From Escherichia coli (lineage in GTDB: Bacteria; Pseudomonadota; Gammaproteobacteria; Enterobacterales; Enterobacteriaceae): a stretch of 30,698 bases of DNA. Below the pieces are notes generated by a model. That model worked only from the letters and a program-made list of their open reading frames with translations. It ran no database searches and was not told the DNA's origin. This document shows, in pieces, positions 17,274 through 26,713 of the stretch. Every line of letters begins with the position of its first letter. Position 1 is the stretch's first letter. Position numbers and translations under genes: made by a program. The stretch lies in assembly GCF_003334785.1 (NCBI RefSeq), contig NZ_QOWV01000028.1; one strand, 5' to 3'.

Positions 17274-17589
17274 CCGCTGACACAGGTCTGCGGCTGGAAT
17301 TGCCTGATGCGCTACGCTTATCAGGCCTACGAGTTCAGTGCTCTACGTAGGCCGGATAAGGCGTTCACGCCGCATCCGGCATAAACTACAGCTGGCAGAC
17401 AGCCGCTGCGAAGGCATTTTTGCACATGGCGTTGGAGGAATGCGCGGTTGTTGGCGGGAATGAATCACGGTAGCCGCTGACACAGATCAGCGGCTGGAAT
17501 TGCCTGATGCGCTACGCTTATCAGGCCTACGAGTTCAGTGCTCTACGTAGGCCGGATAAGGCGTTCACGCCGCATCCGGCATAAACTAA
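17190..17589. repeat. Two tandem copies of a 200-bp unit (17190-17389 and 17390-17589), each holding the last 27 codons of cynR plus a REP pair; about 97% identical
   Basis: Direct comparison of the two stretches shows six substitutions over 200 bp; copy 1 is contiguous with cynR, copy 2 is a detached cynR 3' fragment followed by the same REP sequences. Confidence 0.9.
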
Positions 17590-17609
17590 GCTCGCTGTAA
17601 CCCAGTCGT

Positions 17610-18893
17610 TCAACGTTTGTAATCGATGGCTTCTGGCTGCTCCAGATATACGGTGGTTTGTGCCGGTTGTGTGCTGGCAATCACCTTGCCGCCACGTACC
17701 GAATAACGTACCGGAACCTGACGGCGCAGCGCATCAAACCCATTTTCAGCCGGCAGGATAATCAGGTTGGCGCTGTTTCCGGCGGCAATGCCGTAATCCT
17801 GCAAATTCAACGTCCTTGCGCTGTGGTGGGTGATTAAATTCAGGCCATCGTTAATCTGCCCGTAGCCCATCAACTGGCAAACATGCAGCCCCATATGCAG
17901 CACTTGCAGCATATTCGCCGTTCCCAGCGGATACCACGGATCGAAGACATCATCGTGACCAAAGCAGACGTTAATGCCGGACTCCAGCATCTCTTTAACG
18001 CGCGTGATGCCGCGACGTTTTGGATACGTATCGAAACGTCCTTGCAGATGAATATTGACCAGCGGGTTGGCGACAAAGTTAATACCGGACATTTTCAGCA
18101 AGCGGAACAGGCGTGAGGTATACGCCCCGTTATAGGAGTGCATTGCCGTGGTGTGGCTGGCGGTGACTCGCGCGCCCATGCCTTCATGGTGCGCCAGGGC
18201 AGCAACGGTTTCGACAAAGCGCGACTGCTCGTCATCGATCTCATCACAGTGAACGTCGATGAGACGGTCGTATTTTTGCGCCAGGGCGAAGGTTTTATGC
18301 AGCGACTCCACGCCGTATTCACGGGTAAATTCAAAATGCGGAATCGCCCCCACTACATCTGCCCCTAAGCGTAACGCCTCTTCCAGCAACGCTTCACCGT
18401 TGGGATACGACAAAATCCCTTCCTGAGGGAAGGCGACGATTTGCAGATCAATCCACGGCGCGACTTCCTGCTTCACTTCCAGCATTGCTTTCAGCGCAGT
18501 TAGCGTTGCATCCGAAACATCGACATGGGTACGCACATGCTGAATGCCGTTGGCAATCTGCCATTTCAGCGTTTGCCATGCGCGTTGTTTCACATCGTCA
18601 TGGGTTAATAACGCTTTGCGCTCGGCCCAGCGTTCAATGCCTTCAAACAGCGTGCCGGACTGATTCCAGTTCGGTTGTCCGGCGGTTTGCGTGGTGTCCA
18701 GGTGAATATGTGGCTCCACAAACGGCGGTATAACTAAACCTTGTTCGGCATCCAGGCTGTTTTCAGTTATGGGCATCACGCCGGATTGCGCATCAATGGC
18801 GCTGATTTTTCCGTCCTGCAGATGAATCTGCCACAGCCCCTCTTCGCCTGGTAACCGGGCGTTAATAATTGTTTGTAAAGCGTTATTCGACAC
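17610..18893 (-). CDS. codA: cytosine deaminase
   Basis: ORF track 432 aa from 18908; canonical 427-aa CodA begins (GTG)[38 protein letters not shown] at 18893; its start lies 11 bp inside the 3' end of codB. Confidence 0.94.
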
Positions 18894-20142
18894 TGTTAGC
18901 CTCCACATGCGTCATTGCTGCTGTCGTTTTACGATTCAAAATCGGGTTAAGGATCAGATAGCTCAGCGCGCCACCTAATACCGCGTTGACCGGAACAATT
19001 CCCGGTAACCAGTGGCCTGCAGCAATCCCCAAGGCGACCGCCAGAATCGCCACCCAATTGACACTCATCATACGCGTGGTCGCAAAGTGCTCATAGCGGC
19101 GACGGTTCATCAGATAGTCGGCGATGATCACGCCACCCACTGGAGGAATAGCTGCCGAAAGGAAGGTCAACCAGCCGACAAAATTGTTATACAGCCATAA
19201 TGCGCAGACCGTACCGATAATACCGTTGATTACCGAAAGGGTTTTGCTCGACATCCCGGTAATGTTGGCGAAACCTAAACCCGACGCATAGAGTGCGTTA
19301 TCGTTGGTGGTCCAGATATTCAGCCCCAGCACCACAATCGCAGGCAGCAGCAGGCCCTGAGCAATCATCACATCAGAGATATCCGCCATGCCCAGTGCCG
19401 CAGCGCCCGCTGCACCGAAAATAAACATCAACGAGTTGCCGAGGAAAAAGGCCACCATCGCCACCAGCACCGCCAGTTTGGCATTGCGACCAAACCGGAC
19501 AAAGTCAGCGGTGAGCGTACCCGCACTGATAAATGACCCCACAACCAGCGCCAGCGCGACATTGAAATCTAACGGTTGTGCGGGAACGACCGCTTTTAAT
19601 GCGTCCAGGCCGCCCATGCCGTTAACAGCCAGCCACACGGAATAACCGCCCAGGCAGGCGATAGCCGGAACCGCAATCACCGAAAGAACCGTCAGCGCCG
19701 AAATGCCAAAAAAGACGGTGACGGTCATCAGTAAACCGGAAACGGCAATCAGCAAATTAATATCCAGCCCGGTTGCCTTACCCACCGGAATGGCAAACAT
19801 CGCCACACCGACGCCAAACCAGCCAACCTGAGTTCCGCCCAGTAGCAGTGAAGGCAGCCATGAGCCTTTAACACCAAACGAGAAGCGAGCAAGAAGATGA
19901 GTGGTCAGGCCGGTTTTTGCGCCAATGTAACCGAGAAATGAAGTGTAAATACCGAGGAGAAGATTACCGATGAGAACTGCGAGGAAGAAATCATGATAGC
20001 TAAGACCGGTTCCGAGAGTGCCGCCGGTCCACATACTGGCGGAAAAGAAGGTTAATCCCAGCATGACGAACGTCAATGCCAATACCCCTTTCCGCGCCGA
20101 CTGCGGGACTGGCCCCTGGCTAAAGTTGTTATCTTGCGACAC
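18883..20142 (-). CDS. codB: cytosine permease (NCS1 family)
   Basis: ORF 419 aa [52 protein letters not shown]...; canonical length, polytopic membrane protein. Confidence 0.96.
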
Positions 20143-20208
20143 GAAATTCCCCCTTTTTGCTGTTTGAAACCCAAAAAATCCGCCGCATTCTATTCATCTG
20201 AAGATAAA

Positions 20209-20224
20209 AAGCAATCGTTTTCGT
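20209..20224 (-). promoter_or_regulatory. PurR-box-like sequence upstream of codB (minus-strand reading acgaaaacgattgctt)
   Basis: About 13 of 16 positions match the PurR operator consensus ACGCAAACGTTTGCGT as I remember it, 67-82 bp upstream of the codB ATG; codBA is known to be purine-repressed. Assignment is by pattern only. Confidence 0.4.
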
Positions 20225-20292
20225 GGGGAAATATATTTTTTATATGAATGAGTGCAAAAAGGTGGGGGAAAAATTATCGGTGTAAAAACAGT

Positions 20293-20455
20293 GGGTAGGC
20301 CTGATAAGACGCGTCAGCGTCGCATCAGGCATCTGAGCATGGTGTCGGATGCGACGCGAGCGCCTTATCCGACCTACGGTTCAGGTCCGTAGGCATGATA
20401 AAACGCGTCAGCGTCGCATCAGGCATCGGCACACAGTGCCGGATGCACCGCGCGA
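20293..20455. repeat. REP/BIME cluster between prpE (3' end) and the codBA promoter
   Basis: Repeated gtaggcctgataagacgcgtcagcgtcgcatcaggcat and gtcggatgcgacgcgagcgccttatccgacctac type palindromes read directly. Confidence 0.85.
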
Positions 20456-20471
20456 CGCATCCGACAATAAC

Positions 20472-22358
20472 CTACTCTTCCATCGCCTGGCGGATCTGAT
20501 CCAACGACGCAGGATCATCAATGGTCGTCAGATCTCCAGGATCGCGTCCTTCGCAAATCGCCTGGATCGTGCGGCGCAGCATTTTTCCGGATCGCGTTTT
20601 TGGCAATTGCGAGACAAACCAGACGTGCGCCGGGCGGCCAAAGTTGCCAATCTGGCTGTCCACCAGCGCCATAATCGCCTTCTCTTGCGAGTGCGCCACA
20701 TCACGATCTTCCAGACTGTCGCTCTCTTTCGGAATGACAAACGCCACCGCCACCTGCCCTTTCAGCGCATCTTTCACCCCAACCACCGCCACTTCGGCAA
20801 CGCCCGGATGGCTGGAGATACTCTCTTCAATCTCGCGCGTCCCCAGCCGATGCCCGGCAACGTTAATTACATCGTCAGTGCGCCCGAGAATAAAGTGATA
20901 ACCGTCAGCGTCACGGATGCCCCAGTCAAAGGTGGCGTACACCGGGCGGGAAAACAGCGACCAGTAAGTCTTCACAAAGCGGCCGTCGTCGCCCCAGATG
21001 GTCTGAATACACCCCGGCGGCAGCGGCCCTTCCACCACCAGCATCCCTTTCTCGTTGACGCCACACGGTTCGCCGGTGACTTCATTAAGCAACTGCACGT
21101 TATAGCCATACATCGGCACACCGGGGCTTCCCAGACGCGTCGGCCTGTCGTCCAGACCGCGAGCAATCGCCATAATCGGCCAGCCGGATTCGGTCTGCCA
21201 GTAGTTGTCGATGACCGGCACATCCAGCGTATTGCTCACCCAACTGGCGGTCGGCTCGTCCAGCGGTTCTCCAGCCAGATAGAGCACTTCCAGCGACGAG
21301 AGATCGTGTTTGCGAATTTCAGCGGTAGGGAATTTTTTCAGCACGCGAATGGCGGTCGGCGCTGAGAACATCCGGCTAACCTGATATTTCTCGACGATTT
21401 TCCACCACACGCCGCAGTCCGGCCAGGTCGGCAATCCTTCGTAAACGATAGTCGCCATCCCCGCCAGCAGCGGCGCGTAAACGATATACGAATGCCCCAC
21501 CACCCAGCCGATATCCGATGCGCAAAAGAACACGCTGCCCGCTTTGCCGCCAAAAATGGTGTCCATCGAGGTCGCCAGCGCCACCGCATATCCGCCGACG
21601 TCACGCTGCACGCCTTTAGGTTTGCCGGTCGTGCCGGAAGTGTAGAGAATGCAGGAGGTTTCGTTGGATTCCAGCCACGCCACCGGTACCCGCGCGCCGA
21701 TGTGTTGATGGCGCAACGACGCGAAATCGACATCCCGCCCGCTGACGCGCGCCATTTTCGCCAGCCCGCGATCCACCAGCAAAACATGGCGTGGCTGGTG
21801 CTGCGCCTGACTTATCGCATCGTCGAGCAATTTTTTATAGGGAATGATTTTGCCACCGCGCGCTCCGGCATCAGCCGAGACAATCAGCACCGGTTTAGCG
21901 TCATCAATTCGCGCCGCCACGCTGTGCGAGGCAAATCCACCAAACACCACCGAGTGAATAGCGCCAATGCGCGCGCAGGCCAGCAGAGTAATATGCGCTT
22001 CGGCAATCATCGGCATATACACCAGCACCCGATCGCCGCGCTGCACACCCAATGAACGCAACATTGAGGCCACCGCGTTCACTTCGTCATGCAGCTGACG
22101 AAAGGTAAAGGTGCGCTCTTCTTCTGTTTCCGAAGAGACGGCAATCAGCGCCAGCGCCTCTGGCTGTTTCTCCAGCCAGCGGTCGATGGCGTTGTGGCAC
22201 AAGTTGGTTCGGCCTTCACAAAACCAACGGGCAAACGGCGGATTGCTGTGATCGAGCGTTTGCGTAAAGGGCGTCTGCCAGTCAATACGCCGGGCCTGCT
22301 CGGCCCAGAACTGCTCCGGTTCGTTAATCGAACGCTGATAAAATTCGCTAAAAGACAT
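20472..22358 (-). CDS. prpE: propionyl-CoA synthetase (acyl-CoA ligase, AMP-forming)
   Basis: ORF 628 aa MSFSEFYQRSINEPEQFWAEQARRIDWQTPF... with the YTSGTTGKPKG AMP-binding motif; canonical PrpE length. Confidence 0.96.
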   Translation of the reverse strand: MSFSEFYQRSINEPEQFWAEQARRIDWQTPFTQTLDHSNPPFARWFCEGRTNLCHNAIDRWLEKQPEALALIAVSSETEEERTFTFRQLHDEVNAVASMLRSLGVQRGDRVLVYMPMIAEAHITLLACARIGAIHSVVFGGFASHSVAARIDDAKPVLIVSADAGARGGKIIPYKKLLDDAISQAQHQPRHVLLVDRGLAKMARVSGRDVDFASLRHQHIGARVPVAWLESNETSCILYTSGTTGKPKGVQRDVGGYAVALATSMDTIFGGKAGSVFFCASDIGWVVGHSYIVYAPLLAGMATIVYEGLPTWPDCGVWWKIVEKYQVSRMFSAPTAIRVLKKFPTAEIRKHDLSSLEVLYLAGEPLDEPTASWVSNTLDVPVIDNYWQTESGWPIMAIARGLDDRPTRLGSPGVPMYGYNVQLLNEVTGEPCGVNEKGMLVVEGPLPPGCIQTIWGDDGRFVKTYWSLFSRPVYATFDWGIRDADGYHFILGRTDDVINVAGHRLGTREIEESISSHPGVAEVAVVGVKDALKGQVAVAFVIPKESDSLEDRDVAHSQEKAIMALVDSQIGNFGRPAHVWFVSQLPKTRSGKMLRRTIQAICEGRDPGDLTTIDDPASLDQIRQAMEE

Positions 22359-22397
22359 AATGCTCTCCTGTTGAACTTACGCCTTACCGCCGTTTAC

Positions 22398-23849
22398 TTA
22401 AATGACGTACAGGTCGAGATACTCATTGACCGGCATCTGTTCCAGGCGAGCTCTGTCGAGAGAAACCTCCAGAATGCGCTGCTGTTGGCGAGTCGGGAAC
22501 TGGCGCGCGAGATTGATTTTGAATTTATCGACCAGTTTCGGAATACCATCCTGACGGCGGCGAGCATGACCAATGGGGTACTCCACCACCACTTCTTCAA
22601 ATCGTGTGCCGTCGGTGAACTCAAGGGTAATGGCATTGGCGATGGCGCGTTTTTCCGGGTCGTGGTAGTCAGCGGTAAATGCCGGATCTTCAAAGCAATT
22701 GATCTTCTCGCGCAGGGCGTCAATGCGTTTATCTTGCGCAACGTTGTCCTCGTAATCTGCCGCCGTTAAGCGCCCGAATAGCAGCGGGATCGCCACCATG
22801 TACTGAATGCAGTGATCGCGGTCTGCCGGGTTATTGAGCGGCCCTTTTTTGTCGATGATGCGAATACAGGCTTCGTGGGTGCGAATGGTCACTTTTTCGA
22901 TATCCGCCGCCGTTTTGCCTGCTGCCTGCATCTGTTCATAGAGCGTCATCGCTGCTTCAACTGCCGTCTGGGAGTGGAACTCCGCCGGGAAGGAGATTTT
23001 GAACAGCACATTTTCCATAACGTAGGAACCGTACGGGCGCTGGAAGCGGAACGATTCACCTTTAAAGGAGACGTCGTAGAAGCCCCACACCGGCGCAGTC
23101 AGGGCTGACGGGTAACCCATTTCGCCCGTTTTCGCCATCAGTGCCAGACGTACCGCGCGGGAAGTGGCATCGCCCGCCGCCCAGGATTTACGCGTGCCGG
23201 TGTTCGGCGCATGGCGATAGGTGCGCAGCGACTGACCGTCCACCCACGCCAGCGAAACGGCGTTGAGAATTTCCTCGCGGGTCAGGCCGAGCATTTCGGC
23301 GACCACGGCGGTGGAAGCCACTTTCACTAACAGAACGTGGTCGAGGCCGACGCGGTTAAAGGAGTTTTCCAGCGCGATGCAGCCCTGAATTTCATGGGCT
23401 TTGATCATTGCGGTCAGCACCTGTTTCATGGTCAACGGCGCTTTGCCGCTGGCGACCGCGTTGCGCGAAAGCCAGTCCGCCGTTGCCAGAATGCCGCCGA
23501 GGTTGTCGGAAGGATGGCCCCACTCCGCCGCCAGCCAGGTATCGTTGAAATCGAGCCAGCGGATCATCGCGCCGATGTTAAATGCCGCCTGGACGGGGTC
23601 GAGCTGGAACTGAGTTCCGGGGACGCGCACGCCGTTGGGTACGACGGTGCCGGGAACAATTGGCCCCAGCAGTTTTTTACAGGCCGGGTATTCGAGAGCT
23701 TCCAGACCGCAGCCGAGCGTGTCGAGCAGGCAGTAATGTGCGGTGTCGTAGGCCACTTTAGAGCTGATTTCGTAGTTCATGACGTAATCGACGATATCAA
23801 CGATTTCACGATCAAATTCCGGGCGGATGTTGTTGATTTGAGCTGACAT
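22398..23849 (-). CDS. prpD: 2-methylcitrate dehydratase
   Basis: ORF 483 aa [52 protein letters not shown] (MmgE/PrpD family); canonical length. Confidence 0.96.
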
Positions 23850-23882
23850 TGGGTACGTTTCCTTATTGTTATTCGTAGAGGT

Positions 23883-25052
23883 TTACTGGCGCTTATCCAG
23901 CGCGACAAACGGGCGGTCTTCCGGTCCAACATAATTGGCGGAAGGACGGATAATTTTGTTGTCCTGACGTTGTTCGATAATGTGCGCCGCCCAGCCGGTG
24001 ACGCGGGCGATAACAAACAGTGGTGTGAACATCTCGGTGGGAACGCCCATCATGTTGTAGGAAACAGCAGAGAACCAGTCGAGATTGGGGAACATCTTTT
24101 TGCTCTCCCACATCACCGTTTCCAGGCGATCGGCGATGTTGTACATCTTCAGCGAGCCGCCTTCCTGCGAGAGCTGCTTCGCCACACGTTTAATCACCTG
24201 GTGGCGCGGGTCAGCGATGGTGTAAACCGGATGACCAAAACCAATGACCACTTCTTTGTTTTCCACGCGCTTGCGGATATCTGCTTCGGCTTCGTCCGGC
24301 GTTTCGTAGCGTTGCTGGATCTCCAGCGACACTTCATTCGCCCCGCCGTGTTTTGGCCCGCGCAGTGCGCCAATCGCGCCAATAATCGCGGAATACATAT
24401 CAGAGCCGGTGCCCGCAATCACCCGACTGGTAAAGGTGGAGGCGTTAAACTCGTGTTCGGCGTACAGCACCAGCGAGATATGCATCGCCTTTTCCCAGCT
24501 TTGCGATGGCTTTTCGCCGTGCAGCAGATGCAGGAAGTGACCGCCGATGGAGTCGTCATCGGTTTCCGGTTGGATGCGTTCGCCGTTGTGGCTGTAGTGA
24601 TACCAATAAAGGAGAATCGAGCTAAGCGACGCCAGCAGTTTGTCGGCAATATCCCGCGCGCCAGAGACGGTATGCCCCTCTTTTTCTGGCAGCGTGCAGC
24701 CGAGCGCGGAAACACCGGTGCGCATAACATCCATCGGGTGCGACGCCGCCGGTAAGGCTTCCAGCACGGTACGCACGTTAGCCGGTAAACCGCGCAGGGC
24801 TTTCAGTTTCGTTTTGTAAGCGGCGAGTTCGTCACGGGTCGGCAGTTTGCCGTGGATCAGCAGATGCGCCACTTCTTCAAATTCGCAATGTTTCGCCAGA
24901 TCAAGAATATCGTAGCCGCGGTAATGCAGGTCATTGCCACTTTTACCCACGGTGCAGAGCGCCGTATTGCCCGCCGGAACGCCAGAAAGTGCCACAGATT
25001 TTTTCGGTTTAATGACATGGGTACTGTTTTGCAGGATCGTTGTGTCGCTCAT
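23883..25052 (-). CDS. prpC: 2-methylcitrate synthase
   Basis: ORF 389 aa [52 protein letters not shown] (citrate synthase family); canonical length. Confidence 0.96.
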   Translation of the reverse strand: MSDTTILQNSTHVIKPKKSVALSGVPAGNTALCTVGKSGNDLHYRGYDILDLAKHCEFEEVAHLLIHGKLPTRDELAAYKTKLKALRGLPANVRTVLEALPAASHPMDVMRTGVSALGCTLPEKEGHTVSGARDIADKLLASLSSILLYWYHYSHNGERIQPETDDDSIGGHFLHLLHGEKPSQSWEKAMHISLVLYAEHEFNASTFTSRVIAGTGSDMYSAIIGAIGALRGPKHGGANEVSLEIQQRYETPDEAEADIRKRVENKEVVIGFGHPVYTIADPRHQVIKRVAKQLSQEGGSLKMYNIADRLETVMWESKKMFPNLDWFSAVSYNMMGVPTEMFTPLFVIARVTGWAAHIIEQRQDNKIIRPSANYVGPEDRPFVALDKRQ

Positions 25053-25084
25053 GTTGTCCTCGTCATTGTTATCATTTGTAGGGT

Positions 25085-25560
25085 CGAGATTGTTGTCGGA
25101 TGCGACGCTATGCGTCTTATCCGACCTACAGTTCAGTTCACCCCGTAGGCCTGATAAGTCGCGTCAGCGGCGCATCAGGCATCGGTTGTCGGATGCGACG
25201 CTATGCGTCTTATCCGACCTACAGTTCAGTGCACCCCGTAGGCCTGATAAGTCGCGTCAGCGGCGCATCAGGCATCGGTTGTCGGATGCGACGCTATGCG
25301 TCTTATCCGACCTACAGTTCAGTGCACCCCGTAGGCCTGATAAGTCGCGTCAGCGGCGCATCAGGCATCGGTTGTCGGATGCGACGCTATGCGTCTTATC
25401 CGACCTACAGTTCAGTGCACCCCGTAGGCCTGATAAGTCACGTCAGCGGCGCATCAGGCATCGGTTGTCGGATGCGACGCCATCCGTCTTATCCGACCTA
25501 CAGTTCAGTGCACCTCGTAGGCCTGATAAGTCGCGTCAGCGACGCATCAGGCATCGGCTG
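25085..25560. repeat. BIME array: five tandem 93-bp units, each a head-to-head REP pair, between prpC and prpB
   Basis: Unit starts at 25085, 25178, 25271, 25364, 25457 (and a degenerate edge at 25550), giving a period of exactly 93 bp; units are near-identical with divergence at the array ends. The reverse-frame ORFs across it are repeat translations. Confidence 0.92.
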
Positions 25561-25584
25561 TCGAATACAATCAACGGGCGTTTT

Positions 25585-26475
25585 TTATTTCACCTGGCTA
25601 CGGGCAAACAGGTTGTCGAGCTTCTCTTCGTACTGGTAGTAGTTGATGCTTTCGTACAGCTCGTTGCGGGTCTGCATGGTGTCGATGACGCTTTTCTGCG
25701 TGCCTTCCTGGCGCAGGACGTTGTAGACATGTTCAGCGGCGCGGTTCATGGCGCGGAACGCTGAAAGTGGGTACAGCGCCATTGCGACATGGGCGCTGCG
25801 TAATTCGTCGGTGGTAAACAGCGGCGTGGCACCAAATTCGGTGATGTTGGCGAGGATCGGCACCTGCACCGCATCGGCAAACTGGCGGTACATGGCGAGT
25901 TCGGTAATCGCCTCCGGGAACAACATCTCGGCACCCGCTTCAACATAGGCCTGCGCACGCTCGATCGCCGCATCCAGCCCCTCTACCGCCAGAGCATCGG
26001 TGCGCGCCATGATCACAAAATCAGGATCGGTTTTCGCATCCACCGCCGCGCGGATCCGATCCACCATCTCTTCTTTCGAGACGATCGCTTTATTCGGACG
26101 ATGACCGCAGCGTTTCGCACCAACCTGATCTTCAATATGCAATCCTGCCGCACCGGCTTTAATCATCGATTTCACGGTGCGCGCCACGTTAAAGGCCGAA
26201 GAACCAAAACCGATATCCGCATCCACCAGCAGCGGCAGCGAACAAACGTCGGTGATACGGCGAATGTCGGTCAGCACATCATCAAGGGTAGAAATACCGA
26301 GATCGGGCAGCCCCAGCGAACCTGCCGCCACGCCACCGCCAGAAAGATAAATTGCCTGATATCCGGCACGCTGCGCCAACAGCGCATGATTAGCGTTGAT
26401 GGTGCCAACAATCTGCAATGGATTTTCTTTAGTCAGTGCAGCGCGAAACGCTTTACCTGGAGAGTGTAGAGACAT
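25585..26475 (-). CDS. prpB: 2-methylisocitrate lyase
   Basis: ORF 296 aa [60 protein letters not shown] (PEP mutase/isocitrate lyase family); canonical length. Confidence 0.96.
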   Translation of the reverse strand: MSLHSPGKAFRAALTKENPLQIVGTINANHALLAQRAGYQAIYLSGGGVAAGSLGLPDLGISTLDDVLTDIRRITDVCSLPLLVDADIGFGSSAFNVARTVKSMIKAGAAGLHIEDQVGAKRCGHRPNKAIVSKEEMVDRIRAAVDAKTDPDFVIMARTDALAVEGLDAAIERAQAYVEAGAEMLFPEAITELAMYRQFADAVQVPILANITEFGATPLFTTDELRSAHVAMALYPLSAFRAMNRAAEHVYNVLRQEGTQKSVIDTMQTRNELYESINYYQYEEKLDNLFARSQVK

Positions 26476-26522
26476 AGCCCATCCTTTGTTATCAACTTGT
26501 TATTTGCGTTGATAAAGACAAA

Positions 26523-26537
26523 GCAAGGGGTGTGCCA
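26523..26537 (-). promoter_or_regulatory. sigma-54 (-24/-12) promoter of prpBCDE: minus-strand TGGCAC-ACCCC-TTGC
   Basis: Plus strand reads gcaaggggtgtgcca, so the minus strand is TGGCACACCCCTTGC, a perfect match to the GG-N10-GC sigma-54 consensus about 48-62 bp upstream of the prpB ATG; an AT-rich bend/IHF-like tract follows at 26544-26590. Confidence 0.85.
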
Positions 26538-26610
26538 CAATTGCCTTAATAAAATTAAATGTTTAATTTCAATTTGTTAGAGATAAAGTCATGAACTAAT
26601 CCGCAAATAT

Positions 26611-26670
26611 GCGTTTCAGTTAACGTTTCAGGCAATGTTTCACCGCGTTTCATTGCAACAATTATGAAAC
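26611..26670. promoter_or_regulatory. Putative PrpR enhancer (upstream activating) sites: four direct GTTTCA repeats ending in the palindrome GTTTCAT-N10-ATGAAAC
   Basis: GTTTCA at 26613, 26625, 26637, 26647 and inverted TGAAAC at 26665; it sits in the prpR-prpB divergent region, about 90-150 bp upstream of the sigma-54 promoter, as expected for an enhancer-binding-protein site. Binding is inferred. Confidence 0.55.
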
Positions 26671-26713
26671 AAGACTAAACCCAATATTCGGTTTCTTAAC
26701 TTTGCGGTGCGCT

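Noticed and set aside
20349-21365. 338-aa plus-strand ORF rich in R/H/Q residues, antisense to prpE
   Set aside because: Lies entirely inside prpE on the opposite strand; long stop-free antisense frames are expected in GC-rich coding sequence, and there is no independent start context or recognisable domain.
23970-24755. 261-aa plus-strand ORF antisense to prpC, and the similar 226-aa ORF at 22089-22769 antisense to prpE/prpD
   Set aside because: Both overlap well-supported genes on the opposite strand and have no features of real proteins.
25085-25560. Possibility that the regular tandem palindromic repeats are a CRISPR array
   Set aside because: Units abut directly with no unique spacers between them, the unit is 93 bp of paired REP sequence, and there are no cas genes in the window; this is a BIME array.
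24934-25764. 276-aa and 179-aa ORFs (24934-25764, 25100-25639) with internally repeated peptide segments (…[31 protein letters not shown]… repeated)
   Set aside because: The peptide repeats are just the translation of the 93-bp BIME tandem array, and 93 bp keeps the frame; this is not a repeat protein.
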